Positions 35,601 through 47,070 of a DNA stretch of 64,000 nt are shown here, piece after piece. The DNA is from Octopus vulgaris. Taxonomy: Eukaryota. Every line of letters starts with the position of its first letter. Within the stretch, counting starts at the first letter, position 1. Location of the stretch: positions 101,494,001 to 101,558,000 of the forward strand of contig OX597821.1 in the NCBI GenBank assembly GCA_951406725.2, written 5' to 3'. The notes below the pieces were generated by a model. That model had not been told where the DNA came from. It worked only from the letters and a program-made list of their open reading frames with translations, and searched no databases. The position numbers and the translations under genes were made by a program.

Positions 35601-38600
35601 ACAAACTTCATGAAACATTGTTCAATTTCTTCCAAAATTTACATGACTTTAAATGTTAATAACTTCTTTATTACTAATTTCTAGAAAAAAATTTTTAAAA
35701 TAAAAATGCAATCCATGTCATTAGTAAGCAATACAGTGATCCCTCGCTACTTCGTGATTCAACTATCGCGGATTTTTAAAATATATATATATGAACACCT
35801 AAATTTTTTCATTAAAATATTAATAATAAATATTATTTCCTAATCTAGGAACAACAAAACAAGTGTAAAATAGCAAAAAAGCATATACAGGGGTATTTGA
35901 ACTTAAGATGAGCTGTGATTGGTGCAATGGAGAGACAGTTTTCTATTTTGTAATCTGGCCTGTGATTGGTGCTTTGACTGATGCTCAGATCCGCAGCATC
36001 TTCCCTTGTCTCTCTTTTGTGACCATTTCGCTTCAAGATTTCTCGCTGAGTGGTTTACTGTACTATTTTATGCTGTGCTGTGTGATTTATTTATTTCTTT
36101 GTGTTTTCATCCCCTGCAATGGCTCCCAAACGTGCTGCTTCTTCCAAAGCTGGTACTGAGCCGAAACGCAAAGGAAGAATGACGACGATCGCTGAGAAGG
36201 TGAAACTTCTGGATATGTTGAAGGAAGAACTTTCGCTGCCGTAGCCTGCCATTTTAGCGTGAACGAATCCACCATTCGCTACATCAAGAAGGACGAGGCT
36301 AACAGTAGGAAGACAAAAAGAGTGATTACATCAAGTAATAAAACTATCATCTATATGGAAGCTGCTTTGGCCATATGGATAGCAAACTGCCGAAAGAACA
36401 TAGCCTTGGATATGAACATCATCCAAACAAAGGCTAGGTGCCTGTACAAGACTTTCGCTGCTAAGGAACCTGAAGACAACAGTGGCGACCACGAAGAAGA
36501 GGAAGAAGATGAAGACGACGTAGAAGATCCACAACCAGGGACATCCAGTGATTCACAACCTAAAAAAACGTCCTTTTTCTGCTCGCAAAGGGTGGTTTGT
36601 TAAGTTTCAGAAATGCTTTGACCTGAAAAGCATTTCCCTGCATGGCGGGGTTGCTTCTGCTGACATGAGCACTGCTGAAACATACGTGAATGCAACTTTC
36701 AAGAAGATTATCTCCGAAGGTGGATATAAGCCTGAACAAGTGTTTAATATGGACGAGATGGGCTTGTTTGGGAAAAGTATGTCGTCACGAACTTTCCTGT
36801 TCATAGAGGAAGCAAAAGCCTCAGGCTTTAAAGCATACAAGGATCGTGTGACGCTTGTGGTGTGTGGCAATGCTGCGGGGTTTTTGTTAAAACCAGGACT
36901 TATTTACAAGTCTAAAAGCCCAAGGGCTTTAAAAAACAAAAACAAGAATCTGCTACCTGTACAAGAATCTGCTATCCAAAGGCGTGGATAATGAAGATGC
37001 TGGCCTTTGACTAGTTCCACCAGTGTTTTATCCCGCAAGTCAAGATGTATCTATTAGAGAAGGGCTTGCCATTCAAAATTCTTCTCCTTATGGATAACGC
37101 TGGTGGCCACGCTACTCATCTGTCACATGAGGGCATTCAGATTGAGTTCCTGCTGCCCAACACATCACTTATTCAACCAATGGACCAGGGAGTTGTCATG
37201 GCGTTCAAGGCCCTATACACAAGGAATGTCCTGGTGAACCTTGTTGCTTCTGTGGATGCTGCCCAAGAAGACGAAGACGAAAATTTTAACTTGAAGACAT
37301 ATTGACAACAGTATACAATTACTACATGCCTCCAAAATATCCAGGAGGCATTGCAAGAAATGAAGCTTGCCACCATTAACGCAAGCTGGAAAAATTTGTG
37401 GCCCGAGGTTAATTATGACAACAAGGGATTTACACCTGCCGAAATCCAACGCACCGCAGTACAGAAAGCTTTGTAGTTGGCTGTGATCATTGGAGGTGAT
37501 GGCTCTGCAGACATGACCGTGGGAGACATTGACGCGCTATTAGACAGCCACTAACCGACGCAGACCTCGAAGACTTGATGAAGTTGGCCAGCAAAGAAGA
37601 AGAAACACAGCAAGAAATGGAAGAAGTTGTCGACCAAACTGGCTTGACTTTGGAATGGCTAGCCAAGCTCTGCAACCTGGTTAAAGAATTGAAAGAGGGG
37701 TCACAAGAATGGGACAACGATATGGTTCATTCTGTGCAATTTTGCAACAAGGTTGATGAAGTCATGAATCCCTACAAGATGCTCTTTGAACGGAAAAAGA
37801 AACAGTGACAGCAACTTCCTATCACAATGTTTTTGCAGCCTCTTAAAAAAGAGCCAGTTCCTGCTACTACTACTATGGTTGCACCTTTGGAAGAAGTGGA
37901 AGAACTGTCCCAGGAAAGGGCAGCTTCATCATCATCATCATTTCTACTGTGCAGCAAATTCATCACCATCATCATTCAAATTTTACCTCAACTTCGTGTT
38001 GAGTATAGTAACAATATTTTTTAAAATCTAAAGTGTTATTGCTTAACAGTTGTTCTTGTTATTAATAGGCTACTGTAATGGGTTGGTTGTTAACAGTACA
38101 AGGAGGGTTTTAAAAGTCCAAATACACGTTAAATAAATACTGTAAATATGGTGTCCCTACTTCGCGGAAATTCAGTTATCGCGACTGGTCTCAGAACCAA
38201 TCTACCATGATAAACGTGGGATCACTGAACTATGCTTTTTTTTTTTTCAAGTAATCTGGTGGGAAAAAATTTAATATTTTACACTTTATGTCATTCTAGA
38301 TTTCTGACTAGAGGAGTGCCTATTATAAGCATTGTATCTTTCCCTGTTATAAGTCTTCTGGACATAGACGCAACAGGTAAATAATGAAGTTTGCTAAATT
38401 AGTGTTATAATGTTAACTTATCGATTGATTAATGTTTGTTTATACAACTAATCAGAAAAATGTGTATAGATGCATTGTTTTGAGGTGTGTAACTATAATG
38501 AATTGATAAAACAAAATTGTAACTTGGGAAATCAAACCTGTTAAGTGACTAATATTGAATCACCAGGACTTGATTGTTATAAAGGAGTGGCCTTAAACAA

Positions 38601-40745
38601 GGTTTAGTTCAAAAATTTGTTTTAAACAGCAAATTTTAAACTAAAAATCGATAGACTCACTCCAAATCTAATATTATATATATATATATATATAAATCTA
38701 CAACATTCTAAATGAATTTTAGAATATTTAAAGGTATTTTTAAAATTTGTCAGTGTTCCAAACAATTTATGGTTTACTGTTTTAAATGTAGAATAATGAC
38801 ATACTTCCCAGTACCCGAAGTATTTGTTATTACAACATTACTCAATATTGTCTTAATTAAAATATAAATTTAGTGTTATTTTGGAATATAACGATTCTGA
38901 AAAATTTCAAAGGACTGCAGCAATGTTGGGGCACTACCTGAAAGGGCTTAGTCGCTTCCATATTCTTTTCCTTTCCCATGAGGTATGGGACTTCGAAAGA
39001 CAACTATTCCAAAATTCTGCCAATTAAAATATTAATTAGTATCTAAAATTTTGAATCATACTGAACCCAATAAATAGGTATAATAATAGCTGCACATATA
39101 GTATTTAATAATATCTCTACATAAAAATGTATATTTATACAATTTTTTGTAACTTTGTACCTACACTAGGAACATTTGTTTTCTTATAATTTTTTAATGC
39201 ATGTTTTTTAAATGAAATTCAGAGATAAGCTTCAGATGATTATCTCCAAAACATCAATTGGCGGATGGGGTGCGACAAGATCAGTGGGGCGCATTTCTGT
39301 CAAAAGAATGTAACTCACACGTCATTCCGAATTTATTTCTTCCTAACTTTTTTTTTAAATGCCTATTTTTGATAAAATTTTCCATAGATACGTTTTCGAA
39401 GGTCTAGAGTACGGATCTTTACCCTTTGAACGGAAGTACAATTAATTTCAGGAAATTTAAAAAATAAAATAAAAACTTTTAATCTTAATCTAAACCCTCA
39501 AAAACACGAAAACGTTCCTTAAAATATATGCATTTAACAATGTTTAGTGGCAGCAGGGAAGGAGATGACCCTCCAAACAAAAGATTTTAAAATTCCCTTT
39601 CATATAACCATAGGAAAATTTCATTGAAAAAAGTATGCATTTTTAAGATTGATAAAACAAAGTCGGAAGGAATTATGCGAAAAAGAAACAACTTTTCCAA
39701 CATAATCGCAAATACATAATTGTAGTTAGGCCCTGAAAATGTTTCTGTTTCACTTGTTTTATTTCCGCATACCGTAGATCCTCGAGTATAATCCGCATTT
39801 TTTCCCCAAAATTTAAAGGTCAAGATCCCTAGTGCGTACTATATACGAGGTTAAAAATGAAAATTATTTTCTAAGCAATGTCCGAGTCTCTATTTACTGT
39901 CCGGCAATGTTTATTCAGACACATTTTATGATGTCGGGCACGAAAATACCTTAAGCTAAACCTGAAAGCAATTAAGTCATAAAAGAATCATCCATAACTT
40001 GCAATAAGCAACAGTTATTAAACGTTGTTTACTGTTATTTTTTATTTTCTGCTAACAAAATGCACAAAAAAGCTACACGTTTGCATTATGTTATATATAC
40101 AATAATAATAAAGGATGTTACCGTATACATTTTTACAAACCAAAGGCGTTATATAGACCTCATTGGCTCAAGTTAGAGAAGGGGTGCGTATTATACACAA
40201 GGTTTAGGTTTTTCAGAGGTACAGCCCCCTAAAAATCCCCTTCGTATTATACTCGAGGATTTACGGTATATAAAAGCAAGGCCACGGAAAAACCTTTTCG
40301 TTATCTTTCGACTTATAAATAACGAAAGCTAAATCTCACTCATATCATACCCTTCCATCTTAAAATAATAATAATATAAAATAATACACCCAGATGCGTT
40401 AAGTCTGAGGAAAGACGATGAAATAGTCATATATGGAGAACATTTGATCATAGGTTTGTCTGCTCTGTCAGAGAGGCAAAACAACAACAGATATTAAATT
40501 AGGTGAATTCTTTGTCATAAAACTTCCGGAACACATTTTATTATTATACAACAATTGTGTATTGTAAACAGCAAGTCATTAATGGGTTGCGATGCACGAA
40601 TATTAAAAGTGAATCGTAATATCAAGTTAGTAGGCGACGTCCACATTGCATAATGTGTATGAACTGAGAGAAAAAAATAAATGTTTTCTCAAACCTGATA
40701 TTCATCAAGATCTTTTTGTTTTAGCGCACTACTTGTTAGACCCAT
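28003..40745 (-). CDS. CIB1: Calcium- and integrin-binding protein (CIB1-like EF-hand protein), complete, 193 aa. Exons: 40695-40745, 34147-34181, 33446-33548, 31847-31994, 31590-31723, 29258-29346, 28003-28024
   Basis: Spliced CDS is 582 nt: MGLTSSALKQKDLDEYQ QLTYFTEQEILE AFRMF...QELPQLR MNPFRDRICEVFS...FEDFLHMMSVFSDKAP...AHYAFNIY DLDNDERISERD... DLDRDKVLSFSEF...APDFLS SFIIHL*. All introns are GT-AG. N-myristoylation-type MGxxxS start. Which CIB paralogue it is closest to is uncertain. Confidence 0.92.
29258..29346 (-). CDS. CIB1: CIB exon 6 (EF-hand 4)
   Basis: IMKVGDLDRDKVLSFSEFCHIIDKAPDFL; ttatag / gtaaac. Confidence 0.92.
30429..31495 (+). mobile_element. Internally deleted piggyBac element, inserted in a SINE within CIB intron 5
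   Basis: TTAA target duplications at 30425-30428 and 31496-31499; TIRs ccctttcgatac / gtaacgaaaggg. The interrupted SINE sequence (agaagacacttg | agtgttgcacactgggactgaacc) resumes on either side. Confidence 0.9.
30688..31200 (+). pseudogene. Truncated piggyBac (PGBD-like) transposase, N-terminal 170 aa only
   Basis: Acidic Ser-rich N-terminus, then ALDYFFLLF...ITAETNRYA...WFPTTLNGIKAYFAINIIMGIRKLP. The DDD core is missing. Confidence 0.85.
31590..31723 (-). CDS. CIB1: CIB exon 5 (EF-hand 3)
   Basis: DLDNDERISERDLLEVLDRLT...DEKQKVVEE; ttttcag / gtaagt. Confidence 0.92.
31847..31994 (-). CDS. CIB1: CIB exon 4
   Basis: MNPFRDRICEVFS...AHYAFNIY; tttttcag / gtatgt. Confidence 0.95.
32790..33093 (-). 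mobile_element. tRNA-derived SINE (OR-like head), poly(A)-ended
   Basis: Head ggcgcaatggcccagaggttagggcagcggacttgcg...ggtttcgattccc has A/B boxes and is shared with 58596-58905. Confidence 0.75.
33446..33548 (-). CDS. CIB1: CIB exon 3
   Basis: AFRMFKSLGKEEVKQNALKAKIPFPRIQELPQLR; atttcag / gtaagt. Confidence 0.9.
34147..34181 (-). CDS. CIB1: CIB exon 2 (35 nt)
   Basis: QLTYFTEQEIL; catcttcag / gtaagt. Confidence 0.9.
35362..35589. mobile_element. Hairpin MITE with terminal inverted repeats of about 76 bp
   Basis: tattggctatctttc...catgtgttgtcttg is mirrored by caagacaacacatg...gaaagatagccaata; adjacent to (TA)n. Confidence 0.85.
35734..38227 (+). mobile_element. Full-length but decayed Tigger (pogo-family) DNA transposon in CIB intron 1
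   Basis: TIRs cagtgatccctcgctac / aaacgtgggatcactg, with TA on the left flank; about 2.5 kb. Confidence 0.92.
36119..38024 (+). pseudogene. Frameshifted Tigger/TIGD1-like transposase (CENP-B HTH plus DDE_1)
   Basis: MAPKRAASSKAG...VNESTIRYIKK, SARKGWFVKF, YKPEQVFNMDE, DRVTLVVCGNAAG, KILLLMDNAGGH and TSLIQPMDQGV are spread over several frames with stops. Confidence 0.9.
39772..40266. mobile_element. Tc2/pogo-type MITE
   Basis: TIRs ccgtagatcctcgagtataa / ttatactcgaggatttacgg, flanked by TA on both sides. Confidence 0.85.
40695..40745 (-). CDS. CIB1: CIB exon 1 (MGLTSSALKQKDLDEYQ)
   Basis: 51 nt, CAG|gtttga donor, MGxxxS motif, and an ...EYQ ending typical of CIB first exons. Confidence 0.9.
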
Positions 40746-42275
40746 CTTTGAAGAAAGACCAATACTTAAATGTCAATCTTTTATTTACGTCAACGTCAGT
40801 TCCAAATTTAGAACTGGAAAACTATTATGAACCGAAATAAATTGCCTGGGGAGAGGGATGTGTAAAAACTCCAGATTTAAAATGAAACGGAAAACGAAAT
40901 TTAAAAAATACATTCTAAATTTTTTCATTCCGTAACGTGAGTTGATAAAATCCTAAAAGGAAGGATTAGTTTCAAGAAAAAAAAAAAACGTAGTAATTAA
41001 TGATATATATGGAAAGACAACATCTTTTATGGTAGAACTGTAAGATAAAATGCTCCACAGCATTTAATTATAATACTTTACGTTCTGTGCTAGGTTAACT
41101 TTGTTTCTAATTTTTTTCAGTCGTTAATATAAAGTATTAGTCAAGAGGTAGGGTAGATATATACATTTCTATAACGCATTCTACAGATGAATAGAATTAT
41201 ATTAGAAGCTTCTAATTCTGAACTATAAAATATTCAAAATTTTTATCACTTCTTATCGCTGTTATTTTCTTAAAACAAGCTTTATTACGCAACTTCATCA
41301 CACACACACACACACATTCGCACGCGTACGCACGCACGCAAATACCAATGCAATTTAAACGGAAACGCGAACTGATGGATGTGTTAACCATTAGCTTTGT
41401 ATTGTATGGATACCCTAACGTGTCACGATGATGTAAAAGGGTTGTTTTACTTGTTCAGCGGTTAGTGGAAACTGTTGACACTTTTCACTCGCCATGATTT
41501 TGAAACTAATTAGAATTATTTAGAATTAATCATTGCTGACATGGATATGTGGTTAAGAAGCACTCTATGCAACCACTAAGTTTTGGGTTCAGTCCTACAT
41601 GACATTTTGGTCAAGTATCTTCTACTATAACCCTGGGCCGATCACTGCCTTGGTAGTGGATTTGGCCAACAAAAGCTGAGCAGAAGCCTGTCATATACAT
41701 ATTGTTATTGAGAACACCTGAAGAAGTTGCTTCTTTTCCATTCCCCAAAATGAATGGAGCTTTGGGTTAGAGGAATTGATGTCATTAGACAGTATCCAGC
41801 AATCATCAGCTGTTTTGATCCTGAACTGTAACATTCTGTCATAGGTGAGTCTGTAGAGGTGGACAAATCACTGCTCACCATCTCTTCCAGGTGTCCAGTT
41901 TAACTCCTCTCTCTTGTTCTATAACCAACAAGAAACACTTTTTTTCTGCCTCTCCCATCCTATGCACAGCCACCCTTCGCTCTATTCCTCTTATTCTGAT
42001 GGTTGCAAGCATCCTCCATACCAACTTGCCAGGGAATTCCCTACAACCAAGCTTAATTGGCAAAAGCCATGATTGTCATTGATCACACTATTTTCCCCAT
42101 GGGACAGTAAGCTCAATCAAGATTATTTCTTCTGCCTTTTCAGGCCACAAAACTACATCTCACCTCAGGGATGTCTGGACAACCGGGGGAAACTGCAATC
42201 TTTCTCCTGGTCTACTTTCATATCCCATGATTAGACTCCATGTTGCAGAATATTTGTTATTTTTGATGTCTTCAG

Positions 42276-42448
42276 TGGAAATATAGAAAAATAAATATTA
42301 TATTTTTATCTTACAGTTAATTTTCTTTCATTTTGAAAAATAAAATTTTACTTTATGGTTTATTATGGTTTATATTTTGAATTACATATATATGGGGACA
42401 CCAAAATCTTATAAGTGCTTAGGGCCTCTATGGGTCTTAATCCAGCTC
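42276..42448 (-). mobile_element. Truncated hAT MITE, inverted relative to 42557-42967
   Basis: Reverse complement of 42558-42721. Confidence 0.75.
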
Positions 42449-42556
42449 TTTCCTTCATGAACTTGATTACTGCTGTTGTTTTCCCCTGCTAATGATGTTT
42501 CTTGAGCTTTTTTAATTCCAGAGTGTGAGCAAGTGTTGCAAACACCTTGTCATGAT

Positions 42557-42967
42557 GAGAGCTGGATTAAGACCCATAGAGGCCCAAAGCACTTAAAAGG
42601 CTTTGGTACCCCCATATATATGTAATTCAAAATATAAACCATGAAGTAAAATTTTAGTTTTCAAAATGAAAGAAAACTAACAGTAAAAGGGAAACTAATA
42701 TTTATTTTTCTATATTTCCACTTTCTTTATAATTGAAAAGTTTTCTACTTTCTTAAAATTGCCACGTCTTTGACCAGACCTTCAAAATTAATCTTACATA
42801 ACACATCTGCTTCTCTAATTAGTAGGGATAAGGCATTCCAAATGTTACTATAGCAAGTTTAGAGTGATTTCTTTTGTGGAGTAAACCATTTATCATTTCT
42901 GTGGTTCTCCCCTTGCTTTGATGCCCTAAGCACATGCTTATTTTGCTTAATGGTTAATCCACTGCTG
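42557..42967 (+). mobile_element. hAT-family MITE with 8-bp target site duplication
   Basis: TSD gtcatgat (42549-42556) / gtcgtgat (42968-42975); termini gagagctggattaa / ttaatccactgctg. The interior has an hATC-like remnant NALSLLIREADVLCKINF on -. Confidence 0.8.
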
Positions 42968-43473
42968 GTCGTGATGCCACTTGTATTTTGCCTAAGTGCT
43001 AATTTGCACCCTGACAAGATGTGTGCCAGGGTGTCCCTTTCTCCATAAAATCTACACAGCTGGTCCTCTTTCAAACCCCCTCTGTGCAGGTTTGTTGGCC
43101 ATGGGAGTGTGTCATACACTGCTTGTAGAAGGAAGGAGATACAGAAAGCTTCCAGTTCCCACAGATCTGTCCAGTGTATGAGCATGTGTTTGTGTAGTCA
43201 TTGCTTGACAACCAGTGTTTGTTTATTTCCACAAATTAACAGTTCAGCAAAAAGAGACCAATAGAACAAGTACTTGGCTTTAAAAGTAAGTAATGGGGTC
43301 AGTTTGTTTGACTAAACCTTTCAAAGTAGTGCCCCAACATGACTACAGTTCAATTACTGAAACAAGTAAAAGATAAAAGTTACCAGACACAAGTGACTCC
43401 TATTTACCACTCCTCTGTGAAACTGACTTAATGGCTGCATCAATCCCACTGTACCCACACACCTGCAGACACT

Positions 43474-43504
<31 letters not shown>

Positions 43505-43510
43505 ATATAT

Positions 43511-43866
43511 CTTTTACTCTCTTTTACTTGTTTCAGTCATTTGACTGTGGCCATGCTGGAGCACTGGCTTTAGTCAAGCAAATCGACCCCAGGACTTATT
43601 CTTTGTAAGCCTAGTACTTATTCTATCGGTCTCTTTTGCCAAACCGCTAAGTTACGGGGTTGTAAACACACCAGCATCGGTTGTCAAGCGATGTTGGGAG
43701 GACAAACACAGACACACAACACATACACACACACACATACATACATAGAAGGGTTTTCTGGTCCTATTATTTTTGTTTTTAAAAATTTAGTCCTGTTTGT
43801 GTCTATGTGTCATGACGTCCTTTGTTCCTGTACATATATGCGTGTATATACATATATATACATACA

Positions 43867-43937
<71 letters not shown>

Positions 43938-44100
43938 TATATATACGACTGGCTTCTTTCAGTTTCCATCTACCAAATCCACTCACAAGGCTTTGGTCAG
44001 CCTGAGGCTATAGTAGAAGACACTTGCCCAAGGTGCCACGCAGTGGGACTGAACCCGGAACCATGTGGTTGGTAAGCAAGCTACTTACCACACAGCCACT
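43511..44100 (-). mobile_element. tRNA-derived SINE (abundant family with a 'ccttgggcaagtgtcttc' core and gtaaaaga tail), with an expanded (TA)n
   Basis: Matches 48507-49062 and 45502-45895. Many degenerate copies occur elsewhere (about 3850-4058, 22200-22330, 25845-26160, 29930-30090, 54335-54440). Confidence 0.8.
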
Positions 44101-45501
44101 GTGTGTTTGTGTATGTATGTATGTGGGCATGCATGCTTGGATGCATGTATGTTCGTATATACTATACATATGTCTGCATATGTGTATGTGTGTGTGTGTG
44201 TGTAAAAGAGAGAAAGAATATCAGTTTTACTGTTGTATTGTGATCATAAGATTTACATAAAAACTAACATAAGATAGCTTTGATGAAGTAAAACGTGAGA
44301 TGGAATTTACACATGTGAACAAGACATCATGTAATTATGTCACCAAATGATTTTGCACCTTGCTATCAAAATGTGAGCAAACTATAAAATTCTGATTTTC
44401 ATAGGAAGTTGACAGGGAAAAGAAAATAGCATTCATAAGGTTTTTTTATTTTTATCCTTTTACAATTCCCGTTCATTATGTATAATAATGGTCGAAACCA
44501 GTTTGAGACTGGTTAACATTGACCTCATTAACTGACAGAAAAATACAGATTATAACAATAATGTCTGTAAATTGTCTTTATGACTTACTTTATCTGATGG
44601 CATAAAAGACAAATGGGTATATTAGATGTACTCTAATTGCAGCCACACATATTTGTCAGGAATAATATCGGCTAATGAGAGGCTCAACTTCGCATATAAC
44701 ACTCAGAGTGATTCTTCGAGACATTTTAAAAGAAATATGCACCTTTTAAGCCATTAAATATGGTAATGAGATGAGTGAGGACAGCACTCCTGGTCTTTTG
44801 TAATGTCTCAGTGAACTATAAAGAAAATGAGAGAATGAAATCATGGCTCACAAGTTATCCTCAATGCAGAAATTTGTTTCTCATGCTTGCAAACAAAGTG
44901 AGCTCTGCTAAAGTTATCCAAGGGTCAAATGGTGGGATCAAACCAGGTGATGGATTAAGTTTGCCACCCAAGAACAGATATAGTAAATTCAAACTTTCAT
45001 ACGATTTCTGTCTATAGAATTTCACTCCCAAGACTTGGATTAACTCAACACTGCTCTAGAAGTTCCTTTCTTGAAATGCCACTCAGTGGAGTTAAACCCA
45101 GAATTATGTTTGTAAAGCAAATTTCTCAACCATGCTTCCATACTTGTACACATAGAGAGGATTAGATTGCAGGTTGTCCATGATGGGTTGGTAGGGGTTC
45201 AAACCCCAACCGCAAAATAATCAGTTAGAGATCACGAGTATGATTGATCTATAAATTGATCAATCAGCATGAAGTTGCAGCATGATATGGATTCTTGAAT
45301 GTTCTAAAATCTGTCCCCTTTTTACCCTCCTTAAGCAGTTTGGTACCTAACTCCCCAAACAGACCACCTTGAGGAAGAGATGGCTTTGGACACAATGTAC
45401 AGCCTTCAACAAGACACAGCATGGTTTTCTCCTCCCAACTGGTGGTTATACTATCTGCATTTTTCTTTCCTTGATAGCCAACACAGTAAATCATTTATAT
45501 C

Positions 45502-45895
45502 ACTCTTTTACTTGTTTCAGTCATTTGACTACGGCCACGCTGGAGCACCGCCTTTTAGTCGAGCAAATCGACCCCAGGACTTATTCTTTGTAAGCCTAGT
45601 ACTTATTCTATCGGTCGCTTTTGCAAAACTGCTAAGTTATGGGGATGTAAACACACCAGAATCGCTTGTCAAGTGATGTTGGTGGGACAAATACAGACAC
45701 ACAAACACACACACATATATATACATATATACAACAGGCTTCTTTCAGTTTCCATCTACCAAATCCACTCACAAGGCTTTGGTCAGCCCAAGGCTATAGT
45801 AGAAGACACTTGCCCAAGGTGCCATGCAATGGGACTGAACCCAGAACCATATGGTTGGTAAGCAAGTTATTTACCACACACCCACTCTTGCGCCT
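45502..45895 (-). mobile_element. tRNA-derived SINE, same family
   Basis: Full head-to-tail match to 48507-49062. Confidence 0.8.
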
Positions 45896-46129
45896 ATTAT
45901 AATAAAAATAATGAAATTATTGTGTATAGTGTTCAGATGCACAACTCATCAAAGGTGCATGTATGGTACATAGAATTATGTACAAAAGTCAGGAAAGTGA
46001 ACAGTGTATGAGTTATGATATACATGTGTGCATGCATATGGAGTGGGGGATATTGGGTGTTAGTGTTGGTGAATTTCAGGATGCATGGACGTTTTGAAGG
46101 ATGCAATGTCTCAGCAACTAACAACAGAT

Positions 46130-47070
46130 GATGGTAGTTTGTTCCATGCTTCAGCAACTCTGAGTGTGAAAAGATGTTTCCAAAAGTCATGGGATCTGTG
46201 TTGTCTTCTGACTTTGTAGGCATGCCCACATGTTAGACACATGGAGCTCAAAAAGGTGCTCAAGGTGGTTGTTGGCAAAATGGTTAATAATTTTGTGGGT
46301 GTTTACCAAGTCAGTTGCCAAACATCAGAGCTTCATTGTATCTATGCCCAGGGAAGCAAGGTATTCAGAGTATGCTAGATGCCTGATGGAGGGTATTCGC
46401 TTGGTTGCACATCTCTGAATAGTTTCCAGGAAGTCAATGTCCTGAGCAAGATAGGGGTTCCATACTGGAGATGTAAATTCCAAGTGTGGCAACACCATAG
46501 CTATATACAGCCTTAAATGGATAGCTGGGGAGTGGCTGACAAAGGTCTTGCTGAGTGATGCCAAGACCCCCTTCAGCCTTCTCGACAATTTTAGAGATGT
46601 GCTTTGTCCAGCGTAAATCACTGCTGACAGTAATGCCCAGGTCATGTCCACAAGAAGACTTCTTGATATTAGGGTTGTGGAAAGAGTATGTAGATGCTGG
46701 GTTTTTCCTCCCAAAATGCATGGTGGTTCACTTGTACACACCAGCTTGAGTTGCCAGTCTGTGATCCATCGCTGCATTGTGTCCAGGTCCAATTGCAGGA
46801 AAGATCTATAGTGTTCAGGACCTGTCCTTTTTATCTCAAGGTACAGCTTGATGTTATCTGCATATTTCAGCACTGTGGCATTCTTTAAGTTGGCATTAAT
46901 GTCATTAATGTATGCAACAAACAAAAGGGGACTAAGAACAGATCCCTGCAGTACACCAGATGATATATCATAGGGTGAAGAATGCTGTCTTAGAACCATG
47001 ACTACTTCTTTTTGGCTAAGAATGAAGGACTCCAACCAGTTAAAAAGATTATCTTTCATATCCATTGCAG
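46130..47070 (-). mobile_element. CR1/Jockey-group LINE fragment, degenerate reverse transcriptase
   Basis: SGVLQGSVLSPLLFVAYIND...LKYADNIKLY, DLGITVSSDLRWTKHI and LYIAMVLPHLEFTSPVWNPY...LETIQRCATK; frameshifted. Confidence 0.88.

Larger units (their letters stand above)
41800..43180 (-). mobile_element. Hero/NeSL-like non-LTR retrotransposon remnant (zinc knuckle plus restriction-like endonuclease), split by hAT MITEs
   Basis: WTDLWELEAFCISFLLQAVYDTLP..TNLHR...LAHILSGCK, WHHDKV, LQFPPVVQTSLR*DVVLW...IILIELTVPW and IKLGCREFP occur in the expected order. Confidence 0.75.

Noticed and set aside
38938-38979. Minus-strand MGKEKNMEATKPFQ|gtagtg as CIB exon 1
   Set aside because: Its 3' half is a SINE tail remnant (cgactaagccctttcaggtagtgcccc). 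The exon at 40695-40745 fits the CIB family far better.
43691-44075. ORFs with long YIYI runs
   Set aside because: (TA)n microsatellite inside a SINE.
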